From positions 629 through 64,628 of the forward strand of contig CAIOLW010000144.1 in NCBI GenBank assembly GCA_903859215.1: a DNA stretch of 64,000 bases, given 5' to 3'. Origin of the DNA: an uncultured bacterium. Lineage in GTDB: Bacteria > Krumholzibacteriota > Krumholzibacteriia > LZORAL124-64-63. The position numbers and the translations under genes were made by a program. Below the pieces are notes generated by a model. It searched no databases. It saw only the letters and a list, made by a program, of their open reading frames with translations, and was not told the DNA's origin. Positions 55,269 through 64,000 of the stretch are shown here, piece by piece; the first letter of the stretch is position 1, and the number at the start of each line of letters is the position of its first letter.

Positions 55269-58129
55269 AACTCGGTGCGCTTGATCTCCTCGATCTCGTA
55301 ACACTCGAGGACGTCGCCCTCTTCCATGTCGTAGAAGTTCTCCAACCCGATACCGCATTCGTACCCGGTCGCGACTTCCCTGGCGTCTTCCTTGAAGCGC
55401 TTGAGCGAGTTGACCTTGCCCTCGAAGACCACGACCTCGTTGCGCACCAGCCGCGCGCGCGAGTTCCGCTTGATGACGCCGTCCAGCACCATCGAGCCGG
55501 CCACCGAGCCGACCTTCGGGATCCGGAACACGACGCGCACCTGGGCGCGACCGGTCGAGACCTCGCGCTTGATGCTGCCGAGCAGGCCGGCCATCGCCTT
55601 CTTGAGCGTGTCGACGACCTCGTAGATGATGTCGAAGACCTCGATGGTCACGTTGTGCCGCTTGGCCATGTCCTGGATCGCGGCGCCCGGACGCAGGTGG
55701 AAGCCGATGATCATGGCGCCCACGTTGGCCGCCAGCAGCACATCGGATTCCGAAACCGCGCCCACGGCCTTGTGCATGATGCGGACCTGCACCTCGGACG
55801 TGTTCAGTTCCATGAGCTGGCCGGCAAGGGCCTCCACGGAACCGGCGACGTCGCCCTTGATGATGATCGGCAGTTCCTTGAGGTCGCCGGCGCTCATCAG
55901 GTTGGCCAGGTTGTCCAGGTCGATGACCTGCTTCGGCCCGACCAGCTTCTGCTGGCGCTGCAGGCTGCGGCGCTTGGCCGCCAGGTCGCGGGCCTCGCGC
56001 TCGGTCTCCAGCCCGTAGAAGCGGTCGCCGGCCTCGGGCACCGCCGAGGCGCCCAGCACCTCGCAGGGCTCGCCGGGCATCACGATCTTCATCGTCTTGC
56101 CGCGCTCGTCCTGCAGGGCGCGCACCTTGCCGTCAACCATGCCGGCCAGGAAGTTGTCGCCCATCTTCAGGGTGCCCTGCTCCATGAGGACCGTGAACAC
56201 GACGCCCCGGCCCTGTTCCTTCTTGGCCTCGATCACGATGCCGCGCGCGGGGCCCTTCGGGCTGGCCTTGAGCTCCAGCACCTCGGCCTGCAGGTGGATC
56301 ATGTCGAGCAGGTTCTCGATGCCGATGCCCTTCTTGGCCGAGATCTCGGCGATCATCGTCGAGCCGCCGAACTCCTCGACCGCGATGCCGTGCTGCAGCA
56401 GCTCGTGCTTCACCAGGTCCGGACGCGAGCCCGGCAGGTCGATCTTGTTGATCGCCACGATCATGGGCACGCCCGCCGCCTTCGCGTGCGAGATGGCCTC
56501 GACCGTCTGCGGCATGACGCGATCGTCGGCCGCCACGATCAGGATCACGATGTCCGTCACCTGCGCGCCGCGGGCGCGCATGGCGGTGAACGCCGCGTGG
56601 CCCGGGGTGTCCAGGAACGTGATCGGGCCCTTCGCCGTCGCCACGGTGTAGGCGCCGATGTGCTGCGTGATGCCGCCGGCCTCGCCCGCGATCACGTTCG
56701 TGTTGCGGATACGGTCCAGCAGCGACGTCTTGCCATGGTCGACGTGACCCATGACGGTCACCACCGGCGGGCGATCCACCAGGTCCTCGTCCTTGGCCGC
56801 TTCGGTCTCGAGCACTTCCTCGCCGTACTCGGAGAGGAACTCGACCTCGCGGTCGTAATCGGCCGCCAGCAGTTCGATGCTGGACTTCTCCAGCCGCTGG
56901 TTGATGGTCGCCATGATGCCGACGCTGAACAGCTTGCCGATCAGCTCCTGGGCCTTGACCTGCAGCTTGTCGGCCAGCTCCTGGACGGTGATGTACTCGG
57001 TCAGCTTCAGCAGGGTGGTCTCCACCGTCTCGTCTTCTTCCTGTTCTCCGCCCTTGCGCCGTTTCTTCTTGCCCGTGGCGCCGCCGAGCTGCGCCATGGT
57101 CGCCTTGACCGCGCGCTGCACCTCGACATCATCGACCTTCTTCTTCTTCTTGCGGGCGCGCTTGGCGCGCTGGTTCGCTTCGCGGGCGTCGGCTTCCTCG
57201 CGACGGCGCGCAATGGCCGCCTTGATGGAGTCGCGCACCGAATCGCTGCTGACGGTGCCGGTGCCGGCAGCGCCGGGCGTGGTGCCGTCGGCCCGCGGCT
57301 TCGGCGCCGCGCGGATGATGTCGCCGACCTTGAAGCCGTCGTTCTTCTTCGTGCCCAGGCCGTCCAGCGGATCGGCCGGGCTGCCCGGGCCGGCCGGCTT
57401 GGCCGGCGTACCGGCGGGAGCCGCGGCTTCCGGCGTCGCGGCCGGCGCCTCGCCCTCGACGTGCGCCGGCGTCTCGGTCGTGTCGACGACCGGGGCCTCG
57501 AACGCGTCGGCCAGCACATCGCCGGCCTCGGCGACGGGCGCCACCTCGACGGGCTCGACGACCACCGGCACCTCTTCGGGCTTCGGCAGGTCGGCCTTCT
57601 TGACCAGGCGCGCCTTCACCTGGCGGGCCTCCGCGTGCTCTTCGCGCTTGGCGGCCAGGTCGGATTCGCGCTTCTCGTGTTCCTCGCGGCGCCGCGCGGC
57701 CTCGGCTTCCCTGGCCTGCTCGACAGCGTCCTTGTCGGCCTGCGCCTTCTTGGACACCGCGGTGGCCTGGCCGGCCTTCTTGATGACCAGCACCTTGGGC
57801 TTGGCGACGACCTTCTTCTTGGTCACCTTCTTCTTCGTGACCTTCAGCTCCGGCTCGGGCTCGTCCGTCGGGACGGGCTTCTCGAGCGGCTTGAGCGCCG
57901 CCACGTTCTTGAGCTGGTCGGGGTTGAGCCCGTGCGAGCGCGCGTAGTTCTCGCGCGCAAGCTCACGCTTGCGCTGGAAGATGGCGTGGACCTTGTCCAC
58001 GTCCTCGTCCTCGAGCACGCTCATGTGGCTCTTGGCCTCGACCTTCATCTTCTGGAGCAGATCCATGATCTGCTTGCTGTCGACACCGTAGTGCCGACCC
58101 AGTTCGTAAACGCGCAGCTTCCTCAGCAA
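55265..58129 (-). CDS. infB: Translation initiation factor IF-2
   Basis: RVYEL N-terminus, RPPVVTVMGHVDHGKTSLLD, DTPGH, NKID and SLKRFKEDA motifs. TTG start at 58129 after GGAGG. Confidence 0.98.
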   Translation of the reverse strand: MLRKLRVYELGRHYGVDSKQIMDLLQKMKVEAKSHMSVLEDEDVDKVHAIFQRKRELARENYARSHGLNPDQLKNVAALKPLEKPVPTDEPEPELKVTKKKVTKKKVVAKPKVLVIKKAGQATAVSKKAQADKDAVEQAREAEAARRREEHEKRESDLAAKREEHAEARQVKARLVKKADLPKPEEVPVVVEPVEVAPVAEAGDVLADAFEAPVVDTTETPAHVEGEAPAATPEAAAPAGTPAKPAGPGSPADPLDGLGTKKNDGFKVGDIIRAAPKPRADGTTPGAAGTGTVSSDSVRDSIKAAIARRREEADAREANQRAKRARKKKKKVDDVEVQRAVKATMAQLGGATGKKKRRKGGEQEEDETVETTLLKLTEYITVQELADKLQVKAQELIGKLFSVGIMATINQRLEKSSIELLAADYDREVEFLSEYGEEVLETEAAKDEDLVDRPPVVTVMGHVDHGKTSLLDRIRNTNVIAGEAGGITQHIGAYTVATAKGPITFLDTPGHAAFTAMRARGAQVTDIVILIVAADDRVMPQTVEAISHAKAAGVPMIVAINKIDLPGSRPDLVKHELLQHGIAVEEFGGSTMIAEISAKKGIGIENLLDMIHLQAEVLELKASPKGPARGIVIEAKKEQGRGVVFTVLMEQGTLKMGDNFLAGMVDGKVRALQDERGKTMKIVMPGEPCEVLGASAVPEAGDRFYGLETEREARDLAAKRRSLQRQQKLVGPKQVIDLDNLANLMSAGDLKELPIIIKGDVAGSVEALAGQLMELNTSEVQVRIMHKAVGAVSESDVLLAANVGAMIIGFHLRPGAAIQDMAKRHNVTIEVFDIIYEVVDTLKKAMAGLLGSIKREVSTGRAQVRVVFRIPKVGSVAGSMVLDGVIKRNSRARLVRNEVVVFEGKVNSLKRFKEDAREVATGYECGIGLENFYDMEEGDVLECYEIEEIKRTEL

Positions 58130-58193
58130 CTCGCACAACCTCCGACAGCGGGATGTCCGCCGCGCCCGGCCCATACGGCCCGGCGCCCTGACG

Positions 58194-58562
58194 TCACCCC
58201 AGTTTCCGGATCCCGTCGACGAAACCCGGATCACACACACTCACGACCGAGAGCTTGTTTCGTCCCAGGTGCGTCGCCAGTTCGTCGCACGTGACCTGGT
58301 CGGCCACGAAGCCCCGCACCGGCTCCCACCGCAGCGCCCGTGTGCGCTGCCCGGCTCCCATGTCGACCGCCAGGATCACCAGCGGCCTTTCGTTCCGGTG
58401 GACGGCCTGCTCCACCGCGCTCCAACCCACCTGCAGCTTGTTCGCGCGCCGGGCCAGGCCCAGCAGCGCCAGCAGTCGCGACGGATCGCGCGGGACGGCA
58501 GTGGCGTCCTTGTCCAAAGCGTCCTTGTCCACAGCGTCCTGGTCCACAGCGTCCTGGTCCAA
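58194..58562 (-). CDS. L7Ae/L30e family RNA-binding protein (YlxQ-like)
   Basis: LLALLGLARRANKLQVG...VILAVD...ELATHLGR..VVSVCDPGF, located between nusA and infB. Confidence 0.85.
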   Translation of the reverse strand: MDQDAVDQDAVDKDALDKDATAVPRDPSRLLALLGLARRANKLQVGWSAVEQAVHRNERPLVILAVDMGAGQRTRALRWEPVRGFVADQVTCDELATHLGRNKLSVVSVCDPGFVDGIRKLG

Positions 58563-58563
58563 C
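58504..58563. repeat. 4 x 15-bp tandem repeat (GCGTCCTKGTCCAMM) at the L7Ae 5' end
   Basis: Units at 58504, 58519, 58534 and 58549, encoding (V/L)D(Q/K)DA x4. Confidence 0.88.
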
Positions 58564-60053
58564 TAGTCGTCCAGTTCGGTGTTGGCGAACGGGTTGACCT
58601 TCGGCTCTTCCTCTTCGGCCTCGGTCTTCGGCAAGTCCTTGAACAGCTCGCCCGCCGGCATGGGCACGTCGCCCTGCTCGAACGCGGCCAGCGTCTCGTC
58701 GGACTGCATGCCCTCGTCGGTCAGCGCCGACTCGTCGAACAGCGGCTTCTCGGCCTCGGCTTCCTTGGCCAGCTCCTCGGCGATCGTCCGGTCGATCAGC
58801 ACCTTCAGCTGGTCCGAGGTCATCTGGGCCGTGGTCTGCAGCGTCTCGGCCGTCTCCTCGTCCATGCCCGGCAGCTCGACCAGGGTGGCGTACGGGACGT
58901 CGGCCAGGGCGTCGATGGTGTCGATGCCCACGGCCTCGAGCACGACCAGGATCTCCGGCGTGACGCCGTCCATCTCGGCCAGCTGCATGGTCATCTCGTC
59001 GACGACGCGCTGGCGGATGCCGTACTCGCGCGCCGACACGAGGTCGATCTTCCATTCGGTCAGCTTGGCGGCCAGGCGGACGTTCTTGCCTTCCTTGCCG
59101 ATCGCCTTGCTGAGCTGGTCGTCGCCGACGATGACCGTGGCCTCGTTGCGGTCGCGGTGCAGCTCGATGTGGCTGACGATGGCCGGGCTCAGCGCGCGGG
59201 CGATCATCAGGCTGGGCTCGGCGCTCCAGGGCACGATGTCCACGCGCTCGCCCGAGAGCTCGCGCGTCACGGCCTGCACGCGGCTGCCCTTCATGCCGAC
59301 GCAGCTGCCCACCGGGTCGACCCGGTCGTCGTTGCTGACCACGGCGATCTTCGAGCGGGTTCCCGGCTCGCGCGCCACGGCCCGGATCTCGACGATCTTC
59401 TCCTGGATCTCGGGCACTTCCTGCTCGAACAGCGCCTTCAGGAAACCGGGATGGCTGCGCGAGAGGATGACCTGCGGGCCCTTGGCGTTGTCCAGCACCT
59501 CGATGATGAAGCAGCGGACCGTCTTGCCCTGGTGCAGCTTCTCGCCGCGGATCTGCTCGCGGAACGGCATCATCGCCTCGGTGCGGCCCAGGTTGACCAG
59601 CACGTTGCCGCGGTCGACCTGCTGCACGGTGCCCACGATGATCTCGTTGACCCTGTTCTTGTACTCCTCGAAGATCTGCGCGCGCTCGGCCTCGCGGACC
59701 TTCTGCACCAGGATCTGCTTGGCGACCAGGATGGCGTTGCGGCCGAACTCGTCGACCTCCAGCGGCCAGCGGAGCTCATCGCCCAGTTCGACACCCTCGC
59801 CGAACTCGATCTGCGCCTCTTCCAGCGAGATGTCGGTATCCGGGTCGTCGACTTCCTCGACCACCGTCTTGACCATCTCGACCGACATCGCCCCGGTCAC
59901 GGGGTCGACCTTCGCATCGATGTTCGCCTCGGCGCCCAGCTTCTTGCGGGCAGCCGACTGCAGGCCGGCCTCGAGCGACTCGATGATGATGGCCTTGTCG
60001 ATGTTCTTTTCCCTGGCGATCTCGTTCAGGGCCTGCAGTACGTTGTGGTCCAT
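58563..60053 (-). CDS. nusA: Transcription termination/antitermination factor NusA
   Basis: FGRNAILVAKQ, LSRSHP, AREPGTRSKIAV, DPVGSCVGMKGSRV and AIGKEGKNVRLA motifs. Confidence 0.98.
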   Translation of the reverse strand: MDHNVLQALNEIAREKNIDKAIIIESLEAGLQSAARKKLGAEANIDAKVDPVTGAMSVEMVKTVVEEVDDPDTDISLEEAQIEFGEGVELGDELRWPLEVDEFGRNAILVAKQILVQKVREAERAQIFEEYKNRVNEIIVGTVQQVDRGNVLVNLGRTEAMMPFREQIRGEKLHQGKTVRCFIIEVLDNAKGPQVILSRSHPGFLKALFEQEVPEIQEKIVEIRAVAREPGTRSKIAVVSNDDRVDPVGSCVGMKGSRVQAVTRELSGERVDIVPWSAEPSLMIARALSPAIVSHIELHRDRNEATVIVGDDQLSKAIGKEGKNVRLAAKLTEWKIDLVSAREYGIRQRVVDEMTMQLAEMDGVTPEILVVLEAVGIDTIDALADVPYATLVELPGMDEETAETLQTTAQMTSDQLKVLIDRTIAEELAKEAEAEKPLFDESALTDEGMQSDETLAAFEQGDVPMPAGELFKDLPKTEAEEEEPKVNPFANTELDD

Positions 60054-60056
60054 GCG

Positions 60057-60767
60057 CTAACTCTCCTGCTTGTCCGGGCCGCCGCCGGCCTTGCCGTCTT
60101 TGTTCTTCGGGCGGCCCTTGCGCCGCGCCGGGCGTTCCCGGCGCTCCTGCTGTTTCGCGTCCTTCTTCTGCCGGCGGTCCGCGTGGATGATCGCCTGCAC
60201 ATCGAACTCGGGATCGAGGTTGCCCTCGCGCAGCCGGCTCATCCCCAGGGTGACCGGCTTCGGCAGCGCGGCGGGCGGCGGCGCGGGCTTGGCCGCCTCG
60301 CCCTCCACCGGGCCAGGCGTCGTGTCGGCCCGCGGCACCGGCTGGATGGTCACCGTCGAGGCGCTCACTTCCAGCAACGTGCCGCGGAGCCGCTTGGCGC
60401 CGTCGGGAACGGAGACCTTCACCTCGATGCGCTTGCCGACCGCGGCCAGGTAATGCTCCCGGGTCCGCAACGGCCGCCGCACACCGGGCGACGAGACTTC
60501 GAGCACGTAGGGGTCGGCGATGGAGTCGGCCTCTTCGAGCAGCATGCTGACGGTGCGCGACGCGGTCGCCACTTCGTCGAGATTGATGCCGCCCTCGGGC
60601 AGGTCGACGAAGATGCGCAGCGTGATGCGACCGCCGCCCCGGAACACGCGGACGTCCAGCAGCTCGAAGCCCTGGTTCGTCAGCTCGCCCTCCAGCAAGT
60701 CGATGACCTCGGCGGCGAGCCGCCTGGGTTCGAATCGCGTGGTTTCGGGCGTTCCGGGTTCGGTCAA
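60057..60767 (-). CDS. rimP: Ribosome maturation factor RimP with basic C-terminal extension
   Basis: GFELLDV...LRIFVD...YVLEVSSPGVRRPL, the first gene of the nusA-infB operon. Confidence 0.93.
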   Translation of the reverse strand: MTEPGTPETTRFEPRRLAAEVIDLLEGELTNQGFELLDVRVFRGGGRITLRIFVDLPEGGINLDEVATASRTVSMLLEEADSIADPYVLEVSSPGVRRPLRTREHYLAAVGKRIEVKVSVPDGAKRLRGTLLEVSASTVTIQPVPRADTTPGPVEGEAAKPAPPPAALPKPVTLGMSRLREGNLDPEFDVQAIIHADRRQKKDAKQQERRERPARRKGRPKNKDGKAGGGPDKQES

Positions 60768-60790
60768 GTCTCGGCACCATCCATCGGGCT

Positions 60791-60830
60791 AAAAAAAAAG
60801 TGGACGTTAAGCCCACCTCAAAAAGCCCAC
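60791..60830 (-). promoter_or_regulatory. rimP leader terminator/attenuator
   Basis: Minus strand GTGGGCTTTTTGAGGTGGGCTTAACGTCCAC followed by T9, the GTGGG..CCAC-U-tract pattern typical upstream of rimP. Confidence 0.75.
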
Positions 60831-61057
60831 CTGCGTTGCTGTGGGGTCTCTGGGTGATGCCAATATACCCGGCGGGGGCGTTTGCAGCAAGCGCAATCGG
60901 TTTGGGGGGTTGGGGATGGGAGTTCGGGTTTTCGGAAGGGTTCGGGGCCAGCCGGGCCCGACTTTGTTTGCCGCGACGGGATCCCCTTAAATGACAACAT
61001 ATTATCGATAAATGTTCATCCGGCCTGCGAACCGGGTCGCGGGGCCTTTGCGCCGCC

Positions 61058-61075
61058 ACTTGCGCCGGCGCAAGT
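61058..61075. repeat. 18-bp palindrome copy 5 (perfect), 9 bp past the methyltransferase stop
   Basis: Read directly; preceded by TTGCGCCGCC, like copy 3. Confidence 0.95.
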
Positions 61076-61084
61076 CGGGCCTGG

Positions 61085-61822
61085 TCAGCCGGCCACCCCC
61101 ACCACGTCGATCGCCCACGGCGCCACCGCCGTCTCGCTGACCCAGGCGATGCCCTCGTCGGGCCGGCCCAGCGGCAGGTGCTCATGGATCCGCATCATCC
61201 CCGCCCGCCGGTACACCTCCAGGTACGCGTCCCGCTCCCAGAGGATGTCGTCGACCGGCCGGCGGTCGGGCACATCGAGCATGATGATCCGCACCTGGTC
61301 GCCGGTGCGGGCCTGACGGTTTTCCGGGAAGTCCTTCGTCGAGAACGACACCCACTCGTGCCTGTAGATGTCCGGCGACGAGACCAGGTTCAGCAGCCGG
61401 CCGCCGGGCGCCAGGCGCGCGCGCAGCGCCGACATCAGCGCCACCTTCTTCTCCCAGCCGGGGATGTTGTCGAAGGTGAAGGCCGACAGGACCAGGTCGA
61501 AGGGGCCCGTCACATCGTCGGCAAGGTCGCCGTCGCGCACCAGGTGGTAGCCGCCCTGCGGGTCGCGCGCGCGGGCGAGGTCGAGCATCGCGGCGGAGAT
61601 GTCGGCGCCGCACGCGTCCCAGCCGTGCGCTTTCAGGAAGCGCGTCGAGCGTCCGGCGCCGCAGCCGAAATCGAGGGCGCGGCGGGTCGGCGTGTTTGCG
61701 TGACGCGTGATGAGGTCGGGGATATCGCGGAACGCCAGATGGTAGGTGCCCGGGTACTCGAGCTGGTCGTACGAGGCGGCGCGGTCGGCATCGTCATACA
61801 CGTTGCTGAAGTCATCGGTCAT
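61085..61822 (-). CDS. Class I SAM-dependent methyltransferase
   Basis: ALDFGCGAGRST, GADISAAML, FDLVLS and LAPGGRL motifs. Confidence 0.9.
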   Translation of the reverse strand: MTDDFSNVYDDADRAASYDQLEYPGTYHLAFRDIPDLITRHANTPTRRALDFGCGAGRSTRFLKAHGWDACGADISAAMLDLARARDPQGGYHLVRDGDLADDVTGPFDLVLSAFTFDNIPGWEKKVALMSALRARLAPGGRLLNLVSSPDIYRHEWVSFSTKDFPENRQARTGDQVRIIMLDVPDRRPVDDILWERDAYLEVYRRAGMMRIHEHLPLGRPDEGIAWVSETAVAPWAIDVVGVAG

Positions 61823-61836
61823 CTTCGCATCCCCCT

Positions 61837-61854
61837 ACTTGCGCCGGCGCCAGT
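61837..61854. repeat. 18-bp palindrome copy 6 (ACTTGCGCCGGCGCCAGT), between the ABC permease stop and the methyltransferase RBS
   Basis: One mismatch; read directly. Confidence 0.9.
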
Positions 61855-61873
61855 TATCTGAAAGACCAGCGTC

Positions 61874-62962
61874 CTACTGCCACCGGAAAATCCGCACCGC
61901 CACCACGAACCCCACTAGCCCCCACACCACCAGCACCAGCACCGGCGACCACACCATTGCCAGCGACGACCCGTCGTTGATGATCCCGCGCAGCGCGTCG
62001 TTGAGCGCCGTCAGCGGCAGGATGCGGATAAAGGGCAGCGCAAAAGCCGGGAAACGCTCGTAGCTGAAGAAGGTGCCCGAAAGCAGCCACATGGGCAACT
62101 GCACCAGGTTCATCCAGCCGGACACGGCCTCGATGGTGCGCGGCCGCGCCGCGACCAAAAGGCCGATGCCTCCGAAGCTGAGCGCCCCCAGCAGCGAGAC
62201 CAGCATCACGGCCGCGAGCGAGCCCTGGATGCGCACCCCGAACAGCAGGCGCCCGGCGCCGGCGATGGCCGCCACCTCGAGCCCCAGGAACAGCAGGCGC
62301 GACAGCGCGATCGAGGCCAGGTAGTCGCCCCGCCGCATGGGCGTGGCGGCCAGCCGCTTCAGCAGCTTGTTGACGCGCGCGCTGACGACCGAGAAGCCGA
62401 TGCCCCACAGCCCGCTGCCCATCAGGTTCATGCCGATCAGGCCGGGGATCAGGAAGTCGATGTACCGCGAGCCGCGCGTGGGCGGCGGGCCGTCGCGCGC
62501 GGCGACCGCATCGGTGCGGCCCCAGGCGCGCTGCACGACGTCGTCGACGACCAGGCGGGCGGCGCGGCCCTCGGCCCGCGCGGGGTCGAACCCGTAGACC
62601 AGGGCGGGCGGCGCGCTGCCGGCGGCGGGTGCGGGCGGCGCGCTGGGGTCCAGGCCGACGATCACCTCGACGCGCGTCTTGCGCAGGGCCACGGCGGCGT
62701 CCGCTTCATTCATGACGCGCAGCTGCAGGCGCGGCGAGGTGCGCAGTTTCTTCTCGAGCTCGGCGCGCGCGGCGGGCGGGCCGCTGTCGAGCAGCGCCAC
62801 GGAAGTCAGCGCCCCGGTCTGCGACCGGAACGCGATCCCCAGCGCGACGGCCATCAGCACCGGGAATACGAAGACCCAGAACACGGCCTCGGGCTCGCGC
62901 ACGAATTCGAGGATGCGCGCGAGGGTCAGTTCCACCAGCGGAGGCAGGCGACGGTTACTCAT
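61874..62962 (-). CDS. ABC-2 type exporter permease
   Basis: REPEAVFWVFVFPVL, YIDFLIPGLIGMN, LKRLAATP and LLSGTFF motifs. Confidence 0.92.
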   Translation of the reverse strand: MSNRRLPPLVELTLARILEFVREPEAVFWVFVFPVLMAVALGIAFRSQTGALTSVALLDSGPPAARAELEKKLRTSPRLQLRVMNEADAAVALRKTRVEVIVGLDPSAPPAPAAGSAPPALVYGFDPARAEGRAARLVVDDVVQRAWGRTDAVAARDGPPPTRGSRYIDFLIPGLIGMNLMGSGLWGIGFSVVSARVNKLLKRLAATPMRRGDYLASIALSRLLFLGLEVAAIAGAGRLLFGVRIQGSLAAVMLVSLLGALSFGGIGLLVAARPRTIEAVSGWMNLVQLPMWLLSGTFFSYERFPAFALPFIRILPLTALNDALRGIINDGSSLAMVWSPVLVLVVWGLVGFVVAVRIFRWQ

Positions 62963-63893
62963 CGCGCAACCCCCGCCCGGTCAGGTGCACGAAGACGTCC
63001 TCGAGCGTGGCCTGGTGCGTGCTGAGCCGCTCCATCTGCAGCCCGCGCGCGGCCAGGGCGTTGATGACCGAGGGCAGCACCGGCCCGGCCTGTTCCACGT
63101 TGAGCACCCACGATTCGGATTGCCTGATGACCGACCGCACGCCCGGCAACGCCGCCAGTTCGGCCTGGTCGATGTCGCCGTCGGCCGTGAACGTGATGAC
63201 CTGCCGCGCGCCCAGGGAGTCGACCAGCGCCGCCGGCGCGTCCTGCGCGATGACCTTGCCGTGGTCGATAATGGCCACGCGGTCGCACAGCCGCGCCGCC
63301 TCTTCCATGTAGTGCGTGGTCAGGATGACGGTGCCGCCCAGCTGCTTGAACTGCTCGACGATCTCCCACACCCGCAGGCGCGCCTGCGGGTCCAGGCCGG
63401 TCGACGGCTCGTCCAGGAACAGCACCTTCGGCGCGCCGACCAGCGCGCAGGCCAGCGCCAGCCGCTGCTTCTGCCCGCCCGACAGCTTGCCGACGCGGGC
63501 GCCTGCCTTCTCCTGCAGCCCGGCGAGGTCCATGACCGCCTCCACCTCGCGCCCCTCGTCGAAGAAGCTGCGGAACAGCCGCACGGTCTCGCGCACGGTC
63601 AGCTTCTCGGACAGCTTCGTCTCCTGCAGCTGCACGCCCAGTTGCTGGCGCAACCGGCGGTCGTGGCCCTGGCCCCAGCGCTCGCCCAGCAGCGTGATGT
63701 CGCCGGCGTCGGGCGTGGTCAGGCCCTCGAGCATCTCGACCGTCGTGGTCTTGCCGGCGCCGTTGGGGCCCAGCAGGCCGAAGCACTCGCCCGGGTGGAC
63801 GTCGAGGTCCAGGCCGTCGACGGCCAGCACGTCGGGGTAGCGCTTGACGAGGCCGCGGCAGGAGACGGCGGGAGCGGTTGCGTGGGCGGACAT
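62955..63893 (-). CDS. ABC exporter ATP-binding protein
   Basis: GPNGAGKTT, LSGGQKQR, LFLDEP and TTHYMEEA motifs. Start approximate (63893-63908). Confidence 0.95.
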   Translation of the reverse strand: MSAHATAPAVSCRGLVKRYPDVLAVDGLDLDVHPGECFGLLGPNGAGKTTTVEMLEGLTTPDAGDITLLGERWGQGHDRRLRQQLGVQLQETKLSEKLTVRETVRLFRSFFDEGREVEAVMDLAGLQEKAGARVGKLSGGQKQRLALACALVGAPKVLFLDEPSTGLDPQARLRVWEIVEQFKQLGGTVILTTHYMEEAARLCDRVAIIDHGKVIAQDAPAALVDSLGARQVITFTADGDIDQAELAALPGVRSVIRQSESWVLNVEQAGPVLPSVINALAARGLQMERLSTHQATLEDVFVHLTGRGLRDE

Positions 63894-63959
63894 CACGTTG
63901 GTCACCAATTCAACCTGTCGTGTCGCGGGAGTGGCGCAATGGCGTCATGGAAATGGAAT

Positions 63960-63977
63960 AGTTGCGCCGGCGCAAGT
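63960..63977. repeat. 18-bp palindrome copy 7 (AGTTGCGCCGGCGCAAGT), upstream of the ABC ATPase
   Basis: Reverse complement of the copy 3/4 variant; read directly. Confidence 0.93.
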
Positions 63978-64000
63978 GCTGCACGGCGTGTTGGGCGACT

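Noticed and set aside
49844-63977. 18-bp palindrome as canonical parS, matS or dif
   Set aside because: It does not resemble TGTTTCACGTGAAACA, GTGACRNYGTCAC or XerC/D dif sites, and no parAB or xer genes are in the window. A non-canonical binding site remains possible.

Overview
High-GC chromosomal window from a diderm bacterium (lipoprotein, beta-barrel and Wza-type genes are present; the lineage cannot be fixed from sequence alone). The left ~22 kb is mostly housekeeping: a truncated ABC permease, a lipoprotein plus outer-membrane barrel pair, a glycine-cleavage operon with a lipoate/octanoate ligase, uvrA, a cyclophilin, a TPR/zinc-finger plus DUF4388 pair, a PLP aminotransferase, an M16 peptidase, pnp and rpsO. 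The right end holds the rimP-nusA-L7Ae-infB-rbfA/DHH-truB-ribF operon, a methyltransferase and an ABC exporter. About 29 kb separates ribF from rpsO. It contains a mosaic Wzx/Wzy polysaccharide locus (two flippases, two polymerase-like proteins, a nucleotidyltransferase-double-kinase fusion and sigma-54-type promoters), a PAS sensor, an oxidoreductase, an HNH gene and a cupin. The most striking unexplained signal is an 18-bp palindrome, ACTTGCGCCGGCGCAAGT, found 7 times between 49.8 and 64 kb. Three copies lie inside the HNH gene and four are intergenic, bracketing accessory genes. This suggests an HNH-linked palindromic-repeat system. A GTAG-tagged 94-bp hairpin sits at the infB stop codon. 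No tRNA, rRNA, CRISPR array or integrase was recognised. All motif scans were done by eye.
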